This document shows, piece by piece, positions 36,542 through 45,541 of a stretch of DNA of 52,182 nucleotides (position 1 is the stretch's first letter; the number at the start of each line of letters is the position of its first letter). Origin of the DNA: a virus. Its lineage: Duplodnaviria > Caudoviricetes. The position numbers were made by a program, and so were the translations under genes. The notes under the pieces are model-generated. The model was not told the DNA's origin, did not search any database, and saw nothing but the letters and a program-made list of their open reading frames with translations. The DNA lies in the IMG/VR virus record IMGVR_UViG_3300024262_004288, positions 1 through 52,182 of that record; one strand, written 5' to 3'.

Positions 36542-36569
36542 GCCCGGCGGAACTAGATTTCCGCCGGGC
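36542..36569 (+). terminator. hairpin terminator
   Basis: GCCCGGCGGAA...TTCCGCCGGGC followed by ATTGT. Confidence 0.6.
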
Positions 36570-36577
36570 ATTGTATA

Positions 36578-36835
36578 ATGTCACGCAAAAGAACTCGCCC
36601 CACATTTGAAGCGTCTTTTCGTCTGTATCATAAAGACGTACAGCTAGCGGATATTTTGGTACGTCTTGTACAATCGGGACACGTCGAGAGTATTCCGGCA
36701 TTAATTAGACGATCGTTACTCCTCTATTTGCAAAATGTTGGGATGATAACTTCCGATGGACAAATAGACAAAGCGGCTTATAATAGTTTAGTGGCTGCAA
36801 CGGACAAGCCTCTAAAAATGACTAAGCTTTTCTAA
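36578..36835 (+). CDS. small ribbon-helix-helix-like protein
   Basis: ASFRL...LVQSGHVESIPALIRRSL pattern. Confidence 0.5.
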   Translation: MSRKRTRPTFEASFRLYHKDVQLADILVRLVQSGHVESIPALIRRSLLLYLQNVGMITSDGQIDKAAYNSLVAATDKPLKMTKLF

Positions 36836-37398
36836 TGCGAAAAACAGTTGATTATTACAAGGCTAGTCCCGCCGAGAAGATTTTGTACTTGGCAGGAATT
36901 CCCAAACGCTACTGGCATATTGATCATTCGATCCTGGTACCGCGACCCATTGTTACAGAAAGAACAGTCATCAATGCAGAGCGACAACAGGAATGGCTAG
37001 ACAAAATGCAAGAACCAGAAAAACTATCCGGTGTGATTATTGGTATAGGCTCCGATCCCACGGACGATCTAGCATTAGCTGCTGGCTTTAGTGCGGTGCG
37101 TTCCATGGTTCAGCAGAGAAGCGATACTGGTGATGTACTCGTCGTGGATCCAGCCAATACTCAATATGATACAATGATCAATCCTAAAATAGTGATGATT
37201 CATAACGTAACAGTTGATTCGACTCGTCCTAGAGTCCAGGACGTACGAGATTGGCTGCGGTGTTATGAGGGAGTACCTCGCATTGTGGCTGTTGCTGGAA
37301 TGGATCCGGTAACTTTCTTTGACACCCGGCTATATAGTATTTTGCATTATGCATTGTACTTCGAAGGCAAGTTGACACAAAGACATAGAAACCTGTAG
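36835..37398 (+). CDS. degenerate DnaC/IstB-like protein
   Basis: AGIPKRYW N-terminus and alpha/beta core; Walker A/B not intact. Confidence 0.4.
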   Translation: MRKTVDYYKASPAEKILYLAGIPKRYWHIDHSILVPRPIVTERTVINAERQQEWLDKMQEPEKLSGVIIGIGSDPTDDLALAAGFSAVRSMVQQRSDTGDVLVVDPANTQYDTMINPKIVMIHNVTVDSTRPRVQDVRDWLRCYEGVPRIVAVAGMDPVTFFDTRLYSILHYALYFEGKLTQRHRNL

Positions 37399-37409
37399 GA
37401 GAAAACATT

Positions 37410-38474
37410 TTGGACAGATCTCAGTTCCAGAACAATCTCGAGTCCATACTGACTCGTTCGCAAGACATTGATACAATTCTTGAGCAATTGCTCAATCATT
37501 GGAAGTTCGATTTGTTCAGTCGTAGTCCCCATCGTGGCGCGGATAGCATTATCGATCTAGACCTGGCTTGCTTCATGGCAGCCCTGGTGGATCGTGGCGC
37601 CGTCATCAATATTCCAGCATACAAGAGTGCACGGGGACGTACCCGCCGTGAAGGTGAGCATGTCGTCAGTGCAGGCAATCGCCACGGCAAGATGATGGGA
37701 TTGGTCTCCAACAAGGACGTCTTCTCGTTCAGCGTTCGAATCGATGACGCTAACGTAATGACAACCGATTCGGTGGGAGCACCCCGTAATTTCATGATCG
37801 TCGGACTCGATGGTGAATGGTACGATGGTTGGAAGACCATCGAATTCTTGCCCTCCGCGAAGGAGAACAACTTCCTGGATGCGGCAGATGCCTGGGATGG
37901 CTATGTCGATGGCAGGATCACATTCAAGCACTTCGTTCATCCCAATAGGTGGACATCCTTCTACGGCAGGCATTACTTCCTCAGTAAGACGATGATCGTC
38001 AGGCTGACCGAATATGCAAAGTTCTGCAAGAATGAGGTCGAGCGACTTCTGTCCGTTGGGGTCACCTTCCCACTGGGTGAGAAGTCCGCTCCCAAGGAAT
38101 GGCCCAAGTCTACCAGAGACGCCACAGTCGCCAAGACGTTCACAGCTTTCGAGGCTGAGGTGGAGACTCCTCCGGTGGATGGCGAGTTCGCTTCCTTCGA
38201 TGAAACGCAGGAAGATCTGGTTCGTGCTTCCCGTGAGCGTCGTCGGATGGAGGGCGCCCTGGCCCAGCTCCGCTTCGCGACTCGAGCCACGGAGCTGGCC
38301 TATTACCGACATGGATTGGGCAATAAGGTTCCAGTGTGGATCGAAGGCTCCTGGACCGAAAACTATCGAGAGGCTGGCAAGCGCAAGAACTGGAACCGCC
38401 TGCTACCCTTCGAGGATTCATCCATTGCTCTTCGCTGGCGGGCCTGGGACAAGTCCGAACGAGTAGCTCCGTAG
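37410..38474 (+). CDS. hypothetical protein
   Basis: AGGAG SD + TTG, 354 aa, GC-rich codons. Confidence 0.8.
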   Translation: MDRSQFQNNLESILTRSQDIDTILEQLLNHWKFDLFSRSPHRGADSIIDLDLACFMAALVDRGAVINIPAYKSARGRTRREGEHVVSAGNRHGKMMGLVSNKDVFSFSVRIDDANVMTTDSVGAPRNFMIVGLDGEWYDGWKTIEFLPSAKENNFLDAADAWDGYVDGRITFKHFVHPNRWTSFYGRHYFLSKTMIVRLTEYAKFCKNEVERLLSVGVTFPLGEKSAPKEWPKSTRDATVAKTFTAFEAEVETPPVDGEFASFDETQEDLVRASRERRRMEGALAQLRFATRATELAYYRHGLGNKVPVWIEGSWTENYREAGKRKNWNRLLPFEDSSIALRWRAWDKSERVAP

Positions 38475-38484
38475 ATTAGGTAGG

Positions 38485-38517
38485 GAGCCCCGTCCGGTAT
38501 TTGTTCGGACGGGGCTT
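38485..38517 (+). terminator. hairpin terminator
   Basis: GAGCCCCGTCCGG...TCGGACGGGGCTT. Confidence 0.65.
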
Positions 38518-38524
38518 TCCGCCC

Positions 38525-38959
38525 ATGTTCGTAAAACAGCATATTGGAAGACATACTAGAATAATCCACATAATTCAAAACGATAATCCTTGTAGTAAGT
38601 CTTTTGCAGGTGCGTTGGCTTTATGGCAACAATTACGATCACAAGATTCAGAATATTTAAGGACACATTGGCGTACCTGGTTACATTTTCGTAATCGTTG
38701 GATGAGAACACAGGAGAAATCTTACAAGGGTACGTTACAATGTGTTTATTGTGGGAAGAGAGTTTTTCGCAAGTACAAAACGTTGGGCCTATTAGCGACG
38801 GTTGATCATGTCCAACCGATAAGTAAAGGCGGGGAAAGATATAATCCGGACAATTTAGCAATAGCATGTTTTGGATGCAATCACCGAAAAGGTGATGAAG
38901 TTTGGGAGCTAAAGCATGGACGAGAACAAACGAGCGGTACTAAAGAAGCTTCAATATAA
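38525..38959 (+). CDS. HNH endonuclease
   Basis: CVYCG...ATVDHVQPISKGG..NLAIACFGCNHRKG. Confidence 0.9.
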   Translation: MFVKQHIGRHTRIIHIIQNDNPCSKSFAGALALWQQLRSQDSEYLRTHWRTWLHFRNRWMRTQEKSYKGTLQCVYCGKRVFRKYKTLGLLATVDHVQPISKGGERYNPDNLAIACFGCNHRKGDEVWELKHGREQTSGTKEASI

Positions 38960-39158
38960 AATTCAGCCCTGCTGCTTCCTGTGTTCACATGCAAGCTTGA
39001 CCGGAATATGGGGCACTTGTAGTAAGCATGCTTATATGCATCTTAAACATTCTGAAGCATTAAGAGAGTTGAGTATTTCACAAGTTGGTCATTGTGATGG
39101 CTTTGAAGAATCTTCTCAAAAGATATTGGCGTTAGGAAAGTTTGCCGAATTCTTCTAA
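38916..39158 (+). CDS. small Cys-rich protein
   Basis: CCFLC...GTCSKH...HCDGFE. Confidence 0.65.
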   Translation: MDENKRAVLKKLQYKIQPCCFLCSHASLTGIWGTCSKHAYMHLKHSEALRELSISQVGHCDGFEESSQKILALGKFAEFF

Positions 39159-39185
39159 ATAGGTAGATCTGTAAAGTAAATAATA

Positions 39186-40490
39186 ATGCGGAAATTCAAT
39201 TCTAAGGCAGAGGTCATTGCTATCAAGACTATACTTGACGGCAAGGATGCTCTTAGAAATAAATTACTAACCATTTGTTGGCGTGACCATTTTGGATATC
39301 AGCCCTCTTTAGAGGTATTCGATCGAATCTCTTCCTTAATGCAAGCGGGTAACGAACTTCCATCCAGCATCATCTTTTCCACCGACCCCATCCTTAGTGA
39401 CTCCGCAAGAGCATTACTTGCGGGAGACACCTTAAAAGCCGTACACACTGAAGAGGACGCTCAAGCAATCTTTCGGACGTTGGATGAGCATCGCAAGGTC
39501 AGACATCTTCTTAGTGCGGCTTCTCAGATTGCAGACACGTATGCTGGTTCAGGAGAAGCGGCAGCAGAAGAAGGATTAAATGTCTTAGAGACAGAATTAG
39601 TTGCCGCCCGGCGCAGTAGCGAGGGTATTAAGATGCTACATGCTGGCATGGGCAGCAACGCTGAGGAAAAGATTAAGAAGATTCTAGAGTCGTCCAAGCC
39701 ACCCTTAATCCGCACGGGATTTAAGGTCTTCGATACGAAGACTGGGGGTTTTGCCCGAGGTAACCTAGTAATCTTAGCATCAAATTATGGTGGCGGAAAG
39801 TCAGTCACCGGCATGCAGATGGCACTTAACATGTACTACAACCCCGCAAGGGTTGCTCTCGTCACTCTGGAAATGGATGAAGATGAGTACATGGAAAGGG
39901 TTCTGGCGAACGTTAGTGGAGTTCAGCACGACCTACTACGACGAAGAGCCTATAGTGTTACACAGAAACTAAAAATCTATAAAGCATGGAAGGAGTTCGA
40001 AGATTACGGGGAACTAAACGAAGCAAGGTTCACAGTATTCGCTCAGCCTGGGTTGTCCACTGGTGAATTACTGATGTACTTTAAGCCCCTAGCTCCCGAT
40101 GTATTAATTGTTGATTACTTAAATCTACTAGATTCACCCAAAAGTGGTGCACAACAATGGGAAGAGCTAGGAGCTACGGCTAGACAGCTAAAGATCCTGG
40201 GGGGACAACTTAATTGTGTAGTGGTTGCATTGACGCAGATGAATGAAGATATGCAAGTTAAGTATTCGAGAGCGATTGCGGAACATGCCAATTATGTCTG
40301 GATGTGGCGGTACACGGACGACGAACGTGCTACTCATATCATCCGGGTAATTCAGCATAAGGCCAGAAATGCTCCCTTGTACGATTTCTATTTATCCGAA
40401 GATTTTGCTACAATGTCCGTCAATCATCATGACGGTCCAGCCGACTACACACTAGCAGATGAAGATGATGACGAAGAACAAGCCATCTAA
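39186..40490 (+). CDS. dnaB: replicative DNA helicase
   Basis: TGF..FD..TGG..RGNL, GGGKS, TLEM, IVDYLNL, TQMN, HKARN. Confidence 0.9.
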   Translation: MRKFNSKAEVIAIKTILDGKDALRNKLLTICWRDHFGYQPSLEVFDRISSLMQAGNELPSSIIFSTDPILSDSARALLAGDTLKAVHTEEDAQAIFRTLDEHRKVRHLLSAASQIADTYAGSGEAAAEEGLNVLETELVAARRSSEGIKMLHAGMGSNAEEKIKKILESSKPPLIRTGFKVFDTKTGGFARGNLVILASNYGGGKSVTGMQMALNMYYNPARVALVTLEMDEDEYMERVLANVSGVQHDLLRRRAYSVTQKLKIYKAWKEFEDYGELNEARFTVFAQPGLSTGELLMYFKPLAPDVLIVDYLNLLDSPKSGAQQWEELGATARQLKILGGQLNCVVVALTQMNEDMQVKYSRAIAEHANYVWMWRYTDDERATHIIRVIQHKARNAPLYDFYLSEDFATMSVNHHDGPADYTLADEDDDEEQAI

Positions 40491-40505
40491 CAGGAGGCCC
40501 GAAAG

Positions 40506-40802
40506 ATGAGTTCTAACGAGATGACCCTAGAAGACGTTATTCATGGAATTATTTGTAAATTAGTAGACAAGCCCGAAGAAGTTAAAGTCGCAATTACAGC
40601 ATCTAAGTATTCCGGTATCGTGGAAATTGAAGTTGATCCCGAAGATGTCGGAAAAGTGATTGGCAAGCTTGGGCATACGGCTGGAGCCTTGCGGCATCTA
40701 ATTTCCGCTTTTGGCGGTTGCCAGAAGAAGCGACTTATTATGGAATTAGTCAACGAGAGGAAAGATGGAACCACTGTTCGGAACGACGACTATCGCAACT
40801 AA
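40506..40802 (+). CDS. khpA: KH-domain RNA-binding protein (KhpA/YlqC family)
   Basis: LVDKPEEVKV...VDPEDVGKVIGKLGHTAGALR (GxxG). Confidence 0.88.
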   Translation: MSSNEMTLEDVIHGIICKLVDKPEEVKVAITASKYSGIVEIEVDPEDVGKVIGKLGHTAGALRHLISAFGGCQKKRLIMELVNERKDGTTVRNDDYRN

Positions 40803-41676
40803 TTCGCTGAGCAAAGCGGATATTGCTCTGGTTATTGATGTCAGCAATTTGGCCTGGCGCCAGTCTACGGCAAACCAATGGTCCAAAACTTCCACCCGAA
40901 AATTTTCGGGTCATATTTATGGAACTATGAATTCACTATTGTCAATACTGGGTTCAGCAATTGGTGGATTCGCAGCCCCGCAACGAACAGCGATGTTTGT
41001 ATTCGTTACTGATGGTACTCCCGTTCGGGCCAAGAAAGCGTATCCCGAGTACAAGGCTGGACGAATTAAACCATCATTTAGTCCCGTGGCCGATGTGGTT
41101 GAATTATGTAAAGCTATTCCAGGAATATGGTTACATAACGCAGTAGAAGAAGCTGATTTCGTTATCGCTTCGTTTGTGCGGCAGCAGAGCATACCTTGTC
41201 AAATCATTACCACCGATCATGATATGTGGCAGCTAATGAACGCACAAGTTGATATTGTGGGATTGCAGCAGAGGACAATTCGCATGGATGATTTGGAAGC
41301 GTACTTTGGAGGTATAGGTCCTCAGCATATTCCATTATACAAAGCAATTTATGGAGACAAATCCGACAACATTCCATCGGTTACGGGTCTTGGTCGAAAG
41401 AAACATGCCCATATTGTTCCGCTAATTCGACAAGCAACCAACCCCTCAGAGTTCTTTGACTTGGCCGATGATGATTTGGACCTTCCTCTAGAAGTGTATG
41501 GTTCATTATATAATCAGCGTAAGCAGATTGAGACTATGTTTGATATTGTCAGTCTTGCTCGCGATGTTTCATACGATACCATCATCACAGGCGATCTTGC
41601 TCGTCTTGCTAAAATTATGCAGGAGTATGAATGCCGTTCATTGGTTACACGCATAGGAGAAGCCTTTAAGGAATAG
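40765..41676 (+). CDS. 5'-3' exonuclease (PolI-N/FEN family)
   Basis: IDVSN, YPEYKAGR, EEAD, TTDHDMWQ, GDKSDNIP. Confidence 0.9.
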   Translation: MEPLFGTTTIATNSLSKADIALVIDVSNLAWRQSTANQWSKTSTRKFSGHIYGTMNSLLSILGSAIGGFAAPQRTAMFVFVTDGTPVRAKKAYPEYKAGRIKPSFSPVADVVELCKAIPGIWLHNAVEEADFVIASFVRQQSIPCQIITTDHDMWQLMNAQVDIVGLQQRTIRMDDLEAYFGGIGPQHIPLYKAIYGDKSDNIPSVTGLGRKKHAHIVPLIRQATNPSEFFDLADDDLDLPLEVYGSLYNQRKQIETMFDIVSLARDVSYDTIITGDLARLAKIMQEYECRSLVTRIGEAFKE

Positions 41677-41681
41677 TAGTA

Positions 41682-42059
41682 ATGCGGTGGAATACATTAC
41701 CATTGTGGAATATTATCCAATTACAAAATACATACGTCCTCAAGGTTGATGAGACGATTGAGGATACCCTTGTAACGGATTCCCCTGGAGATTCCTCTGT
41801 CTCACTAGAAGTACATCATACTACAAATGGAAAACTGGTAGGATATCAGTTATCGTACCAAGATAATCCTCGCTTGATAATTAAACGATGGTATCTTGGG
41901 ATGTTCTATCGTATTGATCCCAAAGATGATCAAACTATAACTATCTTGTATCACGACCAACAAACTCGTTTACTTAGCTTTGGTAAAGATGCTAAAGATT
42001 ATTTATGGGTTGCTCGCTGGCATCCCGACCCTTTCAGGAGTAATGATGACTCATCATAA
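41682..42059 (+). CDS. hypothetical protein
   Basis: 125-aa ORF in an operon-like run. Confidence 0.6.
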   Translation: MRWNTLPLWNIIQLQNTYVLKVDETIEDTLVTDSPGDSSVSLEVHHTTNGKLVGYQLSYQDNPRLIIKRWYLGMFYRIDPKDDQTITILYHDQQTRLLSFGKDAKDYLWVARWHPDPFRSNDDSS

Positions 42060-42789
42060 GAAGTTGACTACAGCCTATAGTAAGATTGTTGACACAATGA
42101 AGGAGATGGGCTATTCCTCTCCTAATGATGTTGCCAACTTTGAGGGAACACCCGAGCGGGCAGCAAAGGCATTGCTGCAGTTGATTCAGCCACGGAGCGT
42201 TATCCACACAGAGATTGATGGCATGCTTGCGAAGATATTTCCCGCAGGTAACATGCGAGACATGATCATCTCACAAGGCAACTTGGTATTTGGCATGTGT
42301 CCACATCATCTGCTTCCCGTCATCTATCGAGTGACAATTGCATATGTCCCCAAAGACAAGGTAATTGGTATTTCAAAACTAACTCGTATTGCAAAGTTAT
42401 TAGCTGGTCGTCCTGTACTGCAGGAACAGTTTACACATGATCTAGCTAATGTATTTTACTATGAGCCCGATCCTAATCAGCAAGTGCAGCTACAAGCTAA
42501 GATGGAAGAACTTGCTCAGAAGGTAGATGTTAATAAGGAAGAGCGGGCACAGCAGCTCGTTGATTTTAGTGCTGAACTAGTTGACCAGTTTCGAACATTT
42601 CCCTCAATGCAGACGGTAGGGTCCGCAGTATATACGGAGGCACTACACATGTGTATGGCATGTCGTGGGGCAGAGCATCCCGAAGTTAGGATTAAGACTT
42701 CCGCCGTTCGCGGAATTTTCCGCACGCAGCCAGAGACCCGGAAAGAATTCTTTGATCAGATTAATTTGACAACTAGCTTGCTTCCTTGA
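42046..42789 (+). CDS. folE: GTP cyclohydrolase I with helical insertion
   Basis: TPERAA, MCPHHLLP, IGISKLTR, LQEQFT, HMCMACRG; AGGAG SD before ATG 42046. Confidence 0.92.
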   Translation: MTHHKKLTTAYSKIVDTMKEMGYSSPNDVANFEGTPERAAKALLQLIQPRSVIHTEIDGMLAKIFPAGNMRDMIISQGNLVFGMCPHHLLPVIYRVTIAYVPKDKVIGISKLTRIAKLLAGRPVLQEQFTHDLANVFYYEPDPNQQVQLQAKMEELAQKVDVNKEERAQQLVDFSAELVDQFRTFPSMQTVGSAVYTEALHMCMACRGAEHPEVRIKTSAVRGIFRTQPETRKEFFDQINLTTSLLP

Positions 42790-43445
42790 CACTACCTGCT
42801 GACCTAGAAAAGATCAATAAACTTCTATCCGCAACTAGATCATTAGTTTCATTCTCATTCCAGCTACACAATTTATTGCCGCCTTCCCATAGATTCTACC
42901 CTGCGCATGTGCAACGTGGATTTAATCGTAGGGCAACTGAGAAGGTGCAAAATCTTGCTCCCTGGCAAGTGCATTTCTATCTTAAGCGATTACGACAGTT
43001 CAAAAAGTTGTCTGCCGAGGTAGATAGCCTGGTCACAAGATATATTGCCTTGCTAGAAGAAGATTGTGCCCAGCGTCCCTATGCGGCAGCTCCCTCAGGC
43101 ATAGCACATCCCAGCCAACTAGACAATCTAATTAAGTCCTTGAACGATGTCAAGCCTGCTCACGGCATCCTAGCTAAATCGCAGCGTGCTTGGTACGTAT
43201 ACCTCGAAACACATTCCGCTGGCCTACAGCCCATTTCAATTAAAGCAATTAGGCATTCGATGAGTTTTAATCATCAACATTATCGTCTTCGATATGTCAG
43301 TTGTCCGGGCTCGAAGGTCGATTTTTGTATGGAGCATGGTCGTGTTGGTTTTCAGCCTGTCACTAAGGTGGAATTCATTAATGTAATCCGTCGGGGTGGA
43401 GGACCGCTAAAACGAATGCTACAGTTTTATATAGGAGAAACATGA
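42786..43445 (+). CDS. hypothetical protein
   Basis: TTGA-coupled 219-aa ORF. Confidence 0.6.
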   Translation: MTLPADLEKINKLLSATRSLVSFSFQLHNLLPPSHRFYPAHVQRGFNRRATEKVQNLAPWQVHFYLKRLRQFKKLSAEVDSLVTRYIALLEEDCAQRPYAAAPSGIAHPSQLDNLIKSLNDVKPAHGILAKSQRAWYVYLETHSAGLQPISIKAIRHSMSFNHQHYRLRYVSCPGSKVDFCMEHGRVGFQPVTKVEFINVIRRGGGPLKRMLQFYIGET

Positions 43446-43720
43446 TAACGATAACTCTTCGTAGATATTTTGAACACGTGGGTAGCCCTCGGGATTTGAT
43501 AATTGCGGCGGAAGAACTAGCAGCAGCTGCTGAGATGTTAGAAGATCAAGATGAAGACATGGACCTTATGTTTGTCATGGACGATCATGATCCTCGCATC
43601 GAAGAGGTTACGGATCCTCATCGGACATTGCCTGCTAATGCGATTCCTCCTCGCCAAATATTACCCGAGGATCCGCTTTGGTCCAATGTTGACTGGACTC
43701 CCATCGTACTAAAGAAGTAA
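43442..43720 (+). CDS. hypothetical protein
   Basis: AGGAG SD, ATGA overlap. Confidence 0.7.
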   Translation: MITITLRRYFEHVGSPRDLIIAAEELAAAAEMLEDQDEDMDLMFVMDDHDPRIEEVTDPHRTLPANAIPPRQILPEDPLWSNVDWTPIVLKK

Positions 43721-44106
43721 TGCCGAGCAGTCAAGATTTTGTTATCATCATAGCTCAGATGGTTCGTGGTAAGTCATCTGGGCCTAAAGGATTCTCACGA
43801 TACAAACCATTCAAGTATAAAAATTCATACAACAGCCATCCCATTGTTTACGCAAATGTTTTATTCGACTGCGATGGTCCCTCCGCTATTGCCCAAGCAA
43901 AGATAGCCTACAGGGAGATGCGTAGTATTTTTAGTTCCAATAGAGGACGCGATATTAAATCGTGGGGATTGGTTTTGCATGATGTTCGATACGATCACGC
44001 CGTGCCGTTATTTATGAAGCATGATAGCCTATCGGATGATGGCTATTTGTACGATGGCACCAATAGTTATAACAACTTACTTAGAAAGTGGCATATCCTG
44101 GGATGA
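43720..44106 (+). CDS. hypothetical protein
   Basis: TAATG coupling. Confidence 0.65.
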   Translation: MPSSQDFVIIIAQMVRGKSSGPKGFSRYKPFKYKNSYNSHPIVYANVLFDCDGPSAIAQAKIAYREMRSIFSSNRGRDIKSWGLVLHDVRYDHAVPLFMKHDSLSDDGYLYDGTNSYNNLLRKWHILG

Positions 44107-44378
44107 CCGAAAAACGAAGACCGTTGACTGAAGATGAAGAAGAAGCCTTGCAGGCCTTGCGGGGCAACTTTAAAGAAGATTTACATATTGATGTTCGAGC
44201 AAAATTTGCCCGTCAGGTAGCGCAGCATGAAGCTAATTATGGCATACGCTTCCAAGATTTGGTTCCTCTGGAAATGTGGTCTTTCATGGACATTGTCATC
44301 CAATGGGAAGATGTGTATCGTGACCAGATGATTGGTGTCATTGATGCTCTGCTAGCGAATGGGGTTGAGGATAAATGA
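44103..44378 (+). CDS. hypothetical protein
   Basis: ATGA overlap at 44103. Confidence 0.65.
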   Translation: MTEKRRPLTEDEEEALQALRGNFKEDLHIDVRAKFARQVAQHEANYGIRFQDLVPLEMWSFMDIVIQWEDVYRDQMIGVIDALLANGVEDK

Positions 44379-44494
44379 CTTTCCTATGGGAACGTCTTTT
44401 TCCTGAGATTTTTCCTGTTGTCGGTCGTCTACATGCTTATGGATATTTACTGGGAACTATAATACTAGCCACCTGTTTTTGGAGAGGACGATGA
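44375..44494 (+). CDS. 39-aa small hydrophobic protein (absent from the ORF track)
   Basis: MTFLWERLFPEIFPVVGRLHAYGYLLGTIILATCFWRGR; ATGA overlaps at both ends; GAGG SD. Confidence 0.55.
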   Translation: MTFLWERLFPEIFPVVGRLHAYGYLLGTIILATCFWRGR

Positions 44495-44967
44495 TCATCA
44501 ACCTCAATGATCGCGACGCCGTCGAATGGTTCCAGCAGCATCTATCCACGGTGAATGGGGTCGTGGGGATGACTAGCGGGGGCTGGGATCTCTTCCATTA
44601 CATGCACTTGGTTTACTTGGAACGCTGTCGCAGACGTTGCGCTCTGCTGATTGTCGGTGTTGACAGTGATGACACGTTACGGAATGGTAAGGGTGATGAT
44701 CGACCCTTCGTGCCCGAGCATATGCGCATGGCCATTGTAGATGCCCTTCGATACGTGGGCGCCGTATTCATTATGGAGGGGCTGGATGACTGGCGTCGAG
44801 CACTTGACCTGTTCCAGCCGAATAGGGTCTTCAAGAATGATGAGTTCAAGCCGGAAGATGTCATTGCGGGGAAAGCCGAAATCGTGATCATTCCTGATGT
44901 CTACGCACCACTAAATACCACAGGGATAGCAGCTGAGATCGCGAGGCGGTATGCCACCAAGGTTTAG
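44491..44967 (+). CDS. cytidylyltransferase-family nucleotidyltransferase (RfaE domain II-like)
   Basis: GGWDLFHYMH (HxGH variant), LIVGVDSD..LR.GKGDDRPF..EHMR...ALRYV, NTT. Confidence 0.82.
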   Translation: MIINLNDRDAVEWFQQHLSTVNGVVGMTSGGWDLFHYMHLVYLERCRRRCALLIVGVDSDDTLRNGKGDDRPFVPEHMRMAIVDALRYVGAVFIMEGLDDWRRALDLFQPNRVFKNDEFKPEDVIAGKAEIVIIPDVYAPLNTTGIAAEIARRYATKV

Positions 44968-45226
44968 CAAAGATCCTTACGGAGCAGGGTTACATATGTT
45001 GGGATCCATTGACGAAATCTTACTGATGGCCTATGATGCGGGGGTAACACCTGCGGGTGTGTTTACAGGTAGACACCCCGTCAGGTCTCGTAGCGAGGGA
45101 TTCGACGAACCTTATGCATCACTAAGCATAAAGCTGCAGCCTATTGACTTCGAGGAGGGTTTGCAACAAGCTCTGGCTTTTATTGCAGAGCATCGGGATA
45201 AGGCCATTCTTGTGGAGACTACGTAA
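44951..45226 (+). CDS. hypothetical protein
   Basis: overlapping-start ORF in an operon. Confidence 0.6.
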   Translation: MPPRFSKDPYGAGLHMLGSIDEILLMAYDAGVTPAGVFTGRHPVRSRSEGFDEPYASLSIKLQPIDFEEGLQQALAFIAEHRDKAILVETT

Positions 45227-45474
45227 TGGGCGGCTGGGAAGTATTGCGCAAGAAAGAAAATGAAAATAAAGTCCTCAAAAGAGGAGATAGAGTATCAGAC
45301 AGTAATGGACATAAGGGGGTTGTAGTAAAAATTGTAAAAGGTACTGATAATCAAAATCACGGAACAATCTACGTGTGGCAAGAAGATAGATATAGTTATG
45401 GTGCTGATAATTGTGAGCACTATGCAGAAATTAACTGGAAATCCTCGTTAAAGATATTAGATGAAGAAGCTTGA
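45226..45474 (+). CDS. small hypothetical protein (AT-rich, SH3-like pattern)
   Basis: KRGDRV....KGVVVKI. Confidence 0.6.
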   Translation: MGGWEVLRKKENENKVLKRGDRVSDSNGHKGVVVKIVKGTDNQNHGTIYVWQEDRYSYGADNCEHYAEINWKSSLKILDEEA

Positions 45475-45541
45475 AGCAAAGCCGTGTGTAGTTACATGGT
45501 CGAGCCATGATCCAGAAAACCTGTTCTAGGAGAAGAAGACG

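Noticed and set aside
10253-42789. Inteins or introns in topA, recA, dnaX, dnaB or folE
   Set aside because: Lengths are near normal and there are no intein C/S...HN-C/S/T boundaries
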